Assembly (NCBI GenBank): GCA_043228905.1
Contig: JBHGNT010000009.1
Span: 6,696,001-6,760,000 of the forward strand
DNA: 64,000 bases
Origin: Azolla caroliniana
Taxonomy: Eukaryota; Plantae; Polypodiophyta
Reading direction: 5' to 3'
This document shows, in pieces, positions 14,464-25,800 of this stretch; position 1 is the first letter of the stretch, and the number at the start of each line of letters is the position of its first letter. Position numbers and translations under genes: made by a program. Below the pieces are notes generated by a model. That model had not been told where the DNA came from. It did not search any database and worked only from the letters and a program-made list of their open reading frames with translations.

Positions 14464-14827
14464 GACTTGGAAAGGAAATGAGATTATATTATGAGGAAAC
14501 AAGATTACAATGAGTAGGTTAAGGGCTAAAAACTGGTGTTGAACCGAATGAATTGAAATAAATGCATGGACACTTATTTATAGATCCTTATGGAGTATTC
14601 TAGAATGTTCTAGAATATTTTAGATATTTATGATAAGAAATATAATCATGAAATATTAAAGGATGTTCTAGAATGTTCTAGAATATTCTAAATATCTTGT
14701 AATAACTAAAAATATAATTATTATAGTCACACATCATATATGTTATTACAATGGTTAAGGGTTCAACACATAGAGCAAGAAGTCATGGCTTCGATTCTTG
14801 ATAAGCCAAAATGTTGTCTTCATGACA
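14290..14827 (-). repeat. 3' LTR of Tcn1-like gypsy no. 2, with (GA)n tracts and tctagaa repeats
   Basis: On the minus strand the PPT GGGGGGATAA is followed directly by TGTCATGAAG at 14827. The left boundary is unresolved (no clean CA or TSD). Confidence 0.6.
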
Positions 14828-16054
14828 TTATCCCCCCGTTCAATGACGAGTTCCACGAGTCGGAAGACAAGAGTTCAGACTTGGTTTATGGGGATATTTG
14901 TTGCGAAATGCAACAACCATGTCGGAGGCATTAGCAAGATGCTCGACAGGCTCCCATGTTTGATCATTAGGTGTATAACCTAACCAAACAACCAAATAAT
15001 ATAGTTTGTTGCGGATGATCTTGGAGTCACGAATGGCAACAACCTTATATTTAGAGCCATTGGACGTGGGGGAGGTGTAAGATGACCAGGAATAGAGCTT
15101 GTTGTGTAGGGCTCCAAAAGTGAAACATGGAAGACCGGGTGAAGACGCATATGAGGAGGGAGATCAAGAAGAAATGTCACATCATTGATCTTACCAGAGA
15201 TCACGTATGGGCCGAAACGTTGATAATCCCATTTGTAGCAAGGTCAGGTGGTTTTAATGCTACCTTGTAAGATGAAGAGAAATCACGCGAAATATTGCTC
15301 GGCTACAACCAAGTCTTCAAGTACTCTATGGAGAATCAAACATAGAAAATGGAAGAAGGAGAAGAATGCACGTATATAGACAACAGTAAAGAGTACACAA
15401 TGTGTTTTACGTGGAAAAACCTAATAGAGAAATTCAGCCTACAGACTCCTAACTATCACTATATGAAGATCTTAGAGAGGTTACAAGAATGAAGATCTCA
15501 GAGGCAACGACCTTGAAATCTCCCTTTGCCAATGGGCAAATACAACAGAGTATAGCTCTTTCTCTTTCTCTCTCTGGGTAAAAGCATGCGAGTGGAAACA
15601 CTATTATAGCTAATTAGCTACTAAAATGGCCATAGCTAATTAGCTATTTGTTTAGCTAGTCTTTTTTGTGGGAAAATCAAATATTTGAAAAACTAAATTA
15701 TGAAAAAACTCAAATATTTGAACTTCTGTTTCAGACGTAGTGGAACTTGGGGAATAGCACCATCATCTAAGGTCGACTTCAATGTCATCAATTTCCTGTT
15801 TAGCCTAAGTCTGATTTTGAACGCAGATGGAGTACTCAGAGCACGAACGCAGACGTAGCTCCCGCAACAGCAGAAAATCGACATTGCAGATTGAGAGCTA
15901 CAACACAGAACCCGCTCGATCATCGTCCAGGTATGTTTCAGTTACAGAAACCCCAAACATTTGTTTTTTCTTTTTGACTACTGTTTGAACTTTGGTGCCG
16001 ATTCATATTTCCCAAAAATCGAATAGGGCGAAGTCCTTGGAGTCCCATACAAGG

Positions 16055-19000
16055 ATGTCTTGCAAATCGGGGAGTAGCAACAGGTGTGTTTATATTAATT
16101 TTTTTGTGTTTAATCCTGTCTTTAGTGATGATTGGGGTTTCTGATTGAAATTTTTGATTAGGGTTTTTGTTTATAAATTTTTGATTAGAATTTTTGATTA
16201 GGGTTTGTGATTGAAATTTTTGATTAGGGTTTGTGATTGAAATTTCTGATTAGGATTTTTGATTATAAATTTCTGATTAGAATTTCTGAATAAGGTTTTT
16301 GGTTACAAACTTCTGATTAAAGATTTTGATTAGGGTTTCTGATTTCAAACTTCTGATTACAGATTTTGATTAGGGTCTTCCACAACACCTATGGTCTGTC
16401 ACTCAAGGGTGTTGACCCTGTTGTCCTAAGTGATAAATTGATCAGTGATGTAGACTGGATGACAGTATATACAATGCCTAGAGTCAAAGGCAAGGTCAAG
16501 CTAAAGCATGTACGAGCCGACTTGTACGATGACTGCATGAGACTACACCAGAAAGTTCATCAGGAGATCCCAGTCAACAATGAGTTGTCAGTTTCATTTG
16601 CTAGAGCATTTGCATATGAGTACTGCAAAACAACGAAGGAATCCAGAGACCCTGAAATGTATAGGGTAGCTTGGGCAGTCTATGGTGAGGCATCGGTAAA
16701 AAGATGCCGAAAGATGGGGACCTTGGCACAAAAAATAGACAGATTTTGGAGCATGGCAGCTGTTGATGCAACTACCGACTCCCAGCAAGACACCCAAGGA
16801 AAGCCAATGTCGATGATACAGGTGAGACATTGGTTAGCTATATGCTAAAAAATGTCCATGAAGCATGTGAGACATTGACATTTTTTAAGACTGATTTAGA
16901 GAAAGCCACAATGGCTTCTGCAATGGAGAGCAAAGTTACTTCCGCTGTTACAACAATGAGAAATAAGATTCAGGTAACTATTGTTTTGCTGGTATGTGAT
17001 TGTGTTATAAATAACGGGTAAAATGTGCTAATCAAGCATTATCTGGAATAGGTTGCGCAACAGGAGCTTGAATTAGAGGGGCCACTGGATCCCCAACGTA
17101 AAATAGAACTGCAAATAGAGATCCAGGTTCTTTCAATGAACCTGGACCTTCTAGGTGTAAATACTGTTGCAGATTACAATTTGGATAAGCTTCAAGTAAG
17201 TTAACGATTCCTGAGCAAAGTTGGTGTATCTTTCAACAACAAGAATAATTAATCGGTAAATTTCTCTGTTGCGTTGAAGGAACAATACATTCATCAAGAA
17301 CAGGTAGTTAGCTGCTTTAAGAAGCAACTACATTTTGTGGAGGGAATGGTAAGGACCAGACAGGATTTGGACCTGAACATTCTTGCTCCCTTACCAAATG
17401 AAGTAGAACCAGAAAATGATTTATTGACAGTTCAAGCACGTTGCATCGCTTGCGGGTTAGGTGTGAAGGACAAAACTGCGTCTTTGTTGGTTCACCTACA
17501 ACCATGCAACCACACATACCATCTGCTTTGTTTTCAACATGCCTGTCGAATTGCTGCATTCTGTTTGGGAGATTGCAGTACAGCTCTACCAAATGAGTGG
17601 AGAAAACTAACAGGTATACCATACTGTAGCTAATAAGCTTAGTCTTTTCTAATTAGCTATCCTACTAGCTAATTAGCTACTGGCAGCTAATGAGCTACTA
17701 GCTAATTAGCTATCCTAGTAGCTAATTAGCTATGGTACTAGCTAATTAGCTAGTACCATAGTTGTGTAAAAAAGCTAATTAGCTATCCTACTAGCTAATT
17801 AGCCACTGGCAACTAATTAGCTATCCTAGTAACTAATTAACTACTTCCATAGTTGTGTAAAGTAGCTAATAAGCTATCCTAGTAGCTAATTAGCTACTAG
17901 CAGCTAATTAGCTACTAGCAGCTAATTAGCTATCCTAGTAGCTAATTAGCTATGGTCCTAGCTAATTAGCTAGTACCATAGTTGTGTAAAAAAGCTAATT
18001 AGCTATCCTAGTAGCTAATTAGCTACTGGCAACTAATTAGCTATCCTACTAGCTAATTAGCTATCCTAGTAGCTAATTAGCTACTGGCAACTAATTAGCT
18101 ATCCTACTAGCTAATTAGCTATCATAGTAGCTAATTAGCTACTGCCATAGTTGTGTAAAGTAGCTAATAAGCTATCCTAGTAGCTAATTAGCTACTGGCA
18201 GCTAATTAGCTATCCTAGTAGCTAATAAGCTATCCTAGCTACTACATAGTTGAGAAAGTAGCTAATTAGCTTTCATTGTAGCTAATTAGCTATCCTACTA
18301 GCTAATTAGCTATCCTAGCTACTACCATAGTTAGTAAAGTAGCTAATTAGCTATCCTAGCTACTACCATAGTTGAGTAAAGTAGCTAATTAGCTATCCTA
18401 GCTACTACCATAGTTGAGTAAAGTAGCTAATTAGCTACCATAGTAGCTAATTAGCTATCCTAGCTACTACCATAGTTAGTAAAGTAGCTAATTAGCTATC
18501 CTAGCTACTACCATAGTTGTGTAAAGTAGCTAATTAGCTATCCTAGCTACTACCATAGTTGAGTAAAGTAGCTAATTAGCTACCATAGTAGTTAATTAGC
18601 TATCCTAGCTACTACCATAGTTGAGTAAAGTAGCTAATTAATTAGCTATCCTAGCTACTACATAGTTGAGAAAGTAGCTAATTAGCTATCCTAGCTACTA
18701 CCATAGTTGAGTAAAGTAGCTAATTAGCTATCGTACTAGCTAATTAGCTATCCTAATTAGCTATCATACTAGCTAATTAGCTATCGTACTAGCTAATTAG
18801 CTATCCTAGCTTCTACCATAGTTTAGTAAAGTAGCTAATTAGCTATCCTAAATAGCTGCCATGTTATTGTAGAATCTTGTGGATTAAGGACGACACATGA
18901 TGTGTCTGGTGCTGATGACGCTGCAACAGATGAGGATACTACTGCCAACGTGGCTGAAAGTAAGAGTCCTGCTATCACATCTCCTTCAGATCAGCTCCAC

Positions 19001-19408
19001 CCTATTCTTTTGTAACAGTGTACTGAATTAGGCAACGATGTGAAATGCCATGAAATAGTGGAAACAACATGTAAAACTGAGGTTCACAACAACAGTGTTT
19101 ATGAACACTTGATGCAACATTTCTTTGAGTCTCAAGACCTTGATTCCACCCCACCGAGCCCAACTATTGAAAATGTCCAAACAGATCCCTCTGTACTTGA
19201 AAAGCTAGTTCAAGAAACGGCTGATGTGCAATTAACTGCTGAGGCGATGGGAAGGTTGTCGGAGGAGGACACACTTGCGCATTGGGTGAAAGAAGCAAGG
19301 CTAAATGGGGAACCAACCAGAAAAAGGCTGAAGAAGGGGCCACGATCGGGAACAAGACCAGTTACTCGGTCAAGGGGCCCAGACGTAATGGAGCGAAATA
19401 CTGTTTAG
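16055..19408 (+). CDS. Transposon accessory gene, 7 coding exons, ~500 aa: unrecognised N-terminal domain, helical/coiled-coil region, RING-H2 finger, acidic tail with basic NLS-like patch
   Basis: GT-AG model: 16055-16083, 16374-16821, 16890-16973, 17052-17195, 17280-17613, 18873-18959, 19032-19408 = 1503 nt with no internal stop. RING-H2 pattern CIAC...CNHTYHLLC...CLGDC; basic patch PTRKRLKK. Confidence 0.72.
16130..16375 (+). repeat. Degenerate ~13/26-bp repeat containing TAGGGTTT (telo-box) copies, in an intron of the accessory gene
   Basis: gattagggttt.tgattgaaattttt units; TAGGGTTT at 16159, 16199, 16225 and 16331. Confidence 0.8.
17626..18850. repeat. ~1.2 kb array of the palindrome TAGCTAATTAGCTA in intron 5 of the accessory gene
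   Basis: Dozens of copies separated by short spacers (tcctag, ctactaccatagttgagtaaag); bounded by a GT donor at 17614 and an AG acceptor at 18872. Confidence 0.95.
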
Positions 19409-19657
19409 TTGGATATGATTGTTAGCTTAGGGATTTTGCTAGGGTTTTATGAAGTTTTACAATCCTATTGGACAAGTAAAACCTCAGATTGGTTGTTGCT
19501 TGATTCACATTATGTAATGGAACTCTATGATGTTTTTCCAAGATAATTTGAAGAGTGTTGTTCTATGACTGAAACTCTTTGATGTTCAGGATATTGTTTT
19601 GTGAGACTGTTAGTTACTTTGTGAGTGTGAATATGTTGGTGTTTTCTGATGTTGCAG

Positions 19658-20633
19658 AGTCTAAAGGGTTTGATTCTATTGCTCGTAAGGCCAATGGCAG
19701 TGTGGATACTGTTGATGTTGCGGCATGTTTAAAGGGCCCCATCTTGAAAGTAGATGTAGCAACTGACACAAGTGATCTGGTCACACAAGTTGATCAAGCA
19801 TGTAGCACGGATGACTTGGTGTTGTAGGTAGATGCAACATGTGATACCAGTGGACTGATATTGAGCAGATCAGTAGCTACATGCACCGAGGTAATCCAAG
19901 GATTGATAACTAAGTCGACAAAACAAGAGCACTAGAATGTGAAGCCAGGCCCAACACAGTCGACTAGGGGTTTGAAGAGGAAAAGGACGCCAGTTGTGTC
20001 GGCTGAACCTGAGCTGATTGAGATTGATCGTATCCTACCAGAAAATGGTGTAACAACGGCTTAGTTCAGGAATGGAAACCTAAACCACTAGAAGTCGAAA
20101 GAAGAGCCTTGATCTTGGAGCTTGATAAAGTCTTGATGAGTATGAGATATATGCAGCCAAGGAGGGACGCGGATCAGTTTCTAGAGTGGGCTGTGGAATA
20201 CTTTGATTTGTTTATTTGGAGTGAAAAACCAAAATCAGATGTGTGGAAGTGTTTGGCAAGATTCTTCCCAAAATGGCGAAGTCGTTTTAAAGGTCAATGG
20301 GCACGAGAAAATTGTGAGCAAATGGAAGCTGCAAGATTCAAGAGACTTTTTGATTTTTGGGCTACTTGGCCTGAATATAATGCCGACAATACATTGATTT
20401 TGGATACAGAACATTTCCGGCACTACTTCAATATTCGGAGATGCTGTCTCATTCTACCCGAGGAAATGCCTGAACAGTACCTGGTGCAAACAGTGAGCTG
20501 CCAACTAGGTGCATGGTTGTGGACTCCATACCGAGCTCGATATGCGGATAATATATGTAGACTCGTTCCACTGACTAGCAAGAGCTTAGTTGTTTATAGG
20601 AGATTTGTAGACATTTCCCATGGTAATTTATAA
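19658..20633 (+). pseudogene. Degenerate exon ending in an FCP1/NIF (HAD-superfamily) phosphatase-like domain
   Basis: ORF 20109-20633: LILELDKVL (DxDxT-like), RRDADQFLEWAVEYFDLFIWS, YNADNTLILD. The upstream part (from the acceptor at 19657) has stops and a frameshift. Confidence 0.65.
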
Positions 20634-22825
20634 ATATGTAAAGAGATGACATTATTCAATGAAGAATTTAATTACTTGTTCCCACTGTACTTATCTACTG
20701 TGTAATTTGAGGAATATGTTGCAGACTGTTGATTTCATGCTATTGATGACTATTTAGCTATTGACAGCTAATTAGCTGCATTTGTACAGCTAATTAGCTA
20801 CTGATGACTATTTCGCTATAACTTATAACTTAAAACTTAACAAAAAAGACATGATTTTATTGAGAAAGAAGCACAAAAAGCAGACTGTATACAAGAAATT
20901 GATTCCAAACGAATTTATTTAACTATTTTCGCGAAATACATGTTTGTTTTACAAGAGAACATGGTAAGTGCTACTTGTAGCTACAAATTCCATGGCATAC
21001 TATTGTAAATACATTCATACACATTAGCACCAACAATGTATAAACTGGAGCAGCTATTGTATTCTGACATTGGGACGTTGATGCACCTGACCAAATGAGA
21101 GTACATATACGCCGCTGGTTTGTCTTCTAACAGCCTGTACACATATTCGTAGTCATCTAGTTTTGCATAAAAAATGCCTTCGATGTAGAATGTCCCGGCA
21201 GATACAAAATTTCCCCATGCATCTACAATATTCTGCCTTGCACACTGTTTACTAACCGTGCACTTTAATATATAGAAATCAGCACCCTCTGAATTGCCTT
21301 CTTCAACATTTACATCGAAGTTATCCCCAACGTTGAGGACATCACTCAAAGTATCTCCAAGTCCCTCATATGTGAAGTCAGCATTATGCCCTGTTTCTCC
21401 ATCAACTGCTTCCTTATCATTCAGAGTGTGATACTCCCAATTCTGAATGTATGCTTTGTTTAGACAATATCTCCAATTTCCCTGCACACAATGGAAGCAA
21501 AAACAAGTCAATTCTCTAACCGCAATACAATGACCATCCAACCTGGAATAACCGTGAACAGCATGCAGAGATCACAATTCGGGAATTCCTTGGCACTCCC
21601 AGGTCTTCTCCCTATTTACTTCATCTATCTTCACTTCCCAAAATTCACGTTTGATATCTCGGACTTGCGAGGAATAAACACCTGTGGCAGTCGTTGACAT
21701 TTTTGTTCTTAAAAATTCAACTACATGTGATGCACAATTCATGTGCACACCATTTGTCTTTAGTTGTTCATGGGTAAGTGCCCGCTTTATAACAGCCCCT
21801 GCACCATCATGTTCACCTTTACCATGGCCAGACCCAAAAAAATTCCATCTCATCTCCAAACCTGTTATAGCAGGATACCTCCCCACAAAATAAAATGGAC
21901 GTCGAGCCTTGAATTGTGACACAGCTTCGTCAGACCAGACCCAATGTTGAGTAAGCTCCAAACGTTGAGCTAATAACCACTGCCAATGTAACTTAAAACA
22001 ATGTTGGACGAACAAGGTATCATGCTTCTTAACATCGGAAATAAAGAAATGAATTACTTTTTTAACATCACCTGAAACTCGAAAATATGTTATGTGCACA
22101 AAAATGGTTACCTGAACTGAACACCAATGCATAGATTGAATTTCATTCTGCTGCTTGAAAGTATAATTCTCTGCGAAATCTACTACTGAGACTACTACAT
22201 CATTTGGGAAATCAGATATGCAAGTCTTAAACTAATGGGCCTGCCATGAATAAATGAAGTTGTGTTTAATGAACTTTCCTAGAGATACTACAAACAGAGA
22301 CACCAAATCCCTTGGTTTAAGCATCTTCTAAACTAGATCCTTTCTTTTACACACCTTTCCTTCGAAATTGGTGTTCGCTGACTCAAATAACTTCACAGAG
22401 ATCAATATTTCAGTACTCAATTCATTTGGACACCACCTAAATCTAGTAGGGCCACAATCTTGACATAAACCCATGACACATTTATGAATATAGAAGATAA
22501 CGTCAGTTTCTCTCGGACACAATATTGAATCTAATAAATAACTCATGGAAGAGATAACGTGCTCAGATGATTTACACTCCTCTTGCGGGCTTGATCGACA
22601 GATTGGGCACCCACATGTGCAAACTGTATTAGTTAGGGATGCGCTATGGTGACGTAGTAGATTAACAGAGTCCTTCAGAAAACCCATCTGTACATGGTAA
22701 ATGCAACAACATGTGTATCAATCCTTTAAGCGTCTCACAAAGTGTGGCTTAAGAGACTCGAATGTTCGTAGTTGAACTTTGATAGTTGGATGCATTCATT
22801 TGAACCTAATAAATAAATCGACCTG

Positions 22826-25800
22826 CGTGCGTGGAGAAACGAGGCGGGACCACCGGGGTCTTGAACCGAAGAGCAAGTGATAGAAGGGGAAAGAGAAAGA
22901 GAGAGACGGCCGGTTTCGTGTGAGAAAAGGAACACAGGGGGGCACGGCCTGTCAACGCAGAAGACACGAATGGACACAGAGACAGAGAGACACAAATGTT
23001 TGTATATTAACGAATAACAAAATAAACAACAGAGCACGCGAGCGGTTACAACCGAACAGGCCAGCGAATAGATGCCGATGCCTATTCGTCTGCGCACGAA
23101 AGGGGATAGGATGGAGGTGTTGCCGGAAGCACACGGGCGTTCCTCAAAGCAGCGCGAGCCTCCCGAAATCCTGCAGAGAAGAGTGATGGAGAATGAACAG
23201 AGGAGAAGCGTTCGGTTACGGTCCGACAACACTTCGTCCTCCTTAATGCGCGATCCCTTTCTCCCCCGCGTCGCCCTCTCTTTTACAGCTTCAAGAAGGG
23301 AGCCGTCTCCCTCATTTACTTCCTACGTACTGAATCTAACTACCCAAGATATACCTATGTACCTAATTCCCTATTATATACATTAAATGGCGCGCATGCG
23401 TGAAGAGCCGGTTCACGCGCTCTATGCACCGATTGCGCTAAGGGACGGTTTTCTTCACGACATCCGCCCCCACCCAACCGCGCATCCACCGGTATGCGCC
23501 AAAATTGCGCTCTGGTTGGAGAAAACCGGTCCGAGTTCCGGTTCTTCGTCCATCGGTTCGTCCTCCGTTTCGGACTGTTCGTCGTCGCTGTCCAGGCCTC
23601 TTAGATCCGGTTCGCCGTCGTGGCGCTTCTTGAACGCTTTGATCCGCTTCCCTGCTACCGGTATCGCCATCCTCATACCGTCGAGTTCCGCCAGGTGATA
23701 CGTCCCGTTGTCGTTGGCGCTCGTTACCACGTAAGGCCCGAACCACCGCTTTGCAAACTTCTGTGTTGCTCGGTGCTGGTTGTTGAGGCTGCTGTCGTAG
23801 ACTAGCACCCAGTCGCCTTCCTCGATTTTCTTTGGTCAGAGCCGGTGCGTTCGGTCGAACCGGGCTTTGTTCCTCATCCTCGCCGTCCGAAGTCTCTCTG
23901 CCGCTCGTTCCACGTCCTCTGGCCTCCGCTCAAGCTGCCGGATACACGCCGCTAGCAGTTCATCCCGACTCATCTCGTCTCTCCAGTCCACTATCGCCCA
24001 AGAGGAGATCGTCCGTTCCATCGGCATGATCGGCTTCTGTCCGAACATGAGCTCTGACGGCATGAACCCGGTTACCGAACTGTGCGTTGTCCGGTCCGCC
24101 CACAAGGCATAAGGTAACAGTCGTGGCCAGTTCCCGACCTGGCCTCCGCATGCCCAGACTAGCGCTTTGACGATCGGTCCGTGTCCGCGCTCCACCTTCC
24201 CGTTCGCCTCCGGATTGTACGTTGTGGTGAGCGAGAGCTTGACCCCTAACCGGTCGAACAGTTCCTCGGCCTCTTCGGCGTCCAACTCCCCGCGGTCAGC
24301 CACGATCTTCCCGACGCACCCGTACCGGCATATCACGTCCTCGATCAGGAACCGACACACGGCCGCGGTCGTTTTGTTCTGCAGGGCTCGGCCTTCCACC
24401 TGGTTCGTCAGGTCCTCCCGGGCTAGCACCAGATATCGCATCTGCCCTATGCCCATCGGCATCATCACCAAATCTACCATCCATTTGAAGTGGATGGCCG
24501 GAGGGTATGTAGGGTGAAGCTCGTCCCGATGTCGGACTATGGAGTGTATCTGACAACTCTCACAAGTAGTCACGAACCGATGCACGTCCCGGTACAATCC
24601 CGGCCACCAGTACTTCCCCTTCAGTTTCTCGAACGTGGCCCACGTCCCACGGTGTCCAGCCTAGGGGCTGTCATGGTAGGCCTTCAGCAACTCTTTCTGT
24701 TCCTCCTCCATCGCCACCACTCGGAGCGGGATGCCATTTCTCTTCTTCGGGTGCTTCCATAAGTATCCGTCCCGGAGAAAGAATCGGTATGCTTTGTTCC
24801 GGATCCGGTTGGCCTCGTTCTTTGTCCATAACGCGTCTGGCGTCATCGTCCCCAAGAATCCCCCAATCTGCAGCCACTCCCCGTTGTACTTGCTCTCGTC
24901 GAAATCGTTAAGCGCCGGAGTGCTCCCTCCCTCGGTTGTTACGTAACCCACCTCGAAGAAGTCCACGCCGACTTCCTCGTCCTCTGAAACCATGCCGCCC
25001 TCGTCGTCGAATCGCGCCCTCGAAAGCATGTCGGCCATGGCATTATCTTTCCCGGAAATGTGTCGTATTTCCGGATCCAGGGACTTGATGTACGCTATCC
25101 ACCTGAGCATTGCCAGGTCCGGGGTTGCGCATCCGGAAACCATGCCGAGAATCGGCAAGCAGTCCGTCTCAATAATCACCTCTGTCCCGATCAGATAGTC
25201 TTTATCGGCCTTCATGATTGTCGGGTCTACGCACCCGATCTCTTCCGGTGAGAATGTGAAGGCTTTCCCATGCCTTCCGAGCATTCTCCGAAACAGGTCT
25301 TCTTCCGCCGGCAGTCGGTGAAGGTGTGTCCTATGCAGGCCGGATCTCGTAAACTGGGTTCGACGCGACCCCCTTGATTCGCAACTCGTTGCCCTCAAGT
25401 AAGGGTGCCGCGACTGGCCTTACCTTCTGGTCCACAGTCTTGTACTTCGTGTTAACCCGGGCCATTCGATCCGACTCGAGCCCTCGACTGAAGTCCGCGA
25501 TGACTTCGTACATCTCTTTTGAACAAACCGGTATCGTCCGGTTCTCTTTAAGGCCCTCTCCGACCACCTCTCGCAGTATTCCCAAGGTGTCGTCGAAGGA
25601 GACCGCCTCCACGGCACCGTTGATTTCCTCGCTGGGCTCGAGAACTCCGCACGCCCAAAGTCGCCTTCCGCCCTTGTCTTTTCTCGGCCAACGATGCCGA
25701 CTATCATACACCCTCCGTTGTCGGAGAAACAAAACTTCCGACTTATGGTACAAGATTTCTTCGGTTTCTCCTCTATCGTACATTTGTGGGGTTTTCACGG

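Noticed and set aside
16130-16375. Interstitial telomere
   Set aside because: TAGGGTTT units are isolated within a 13/26-bp repeat, not tandem TTTAGGG.
22735-23386. ORFs of 100-165 aa here and at 28020-28587
   Set aside because: They lie in the paired GC-rich gypsy LTRs and have no recognisable domain.
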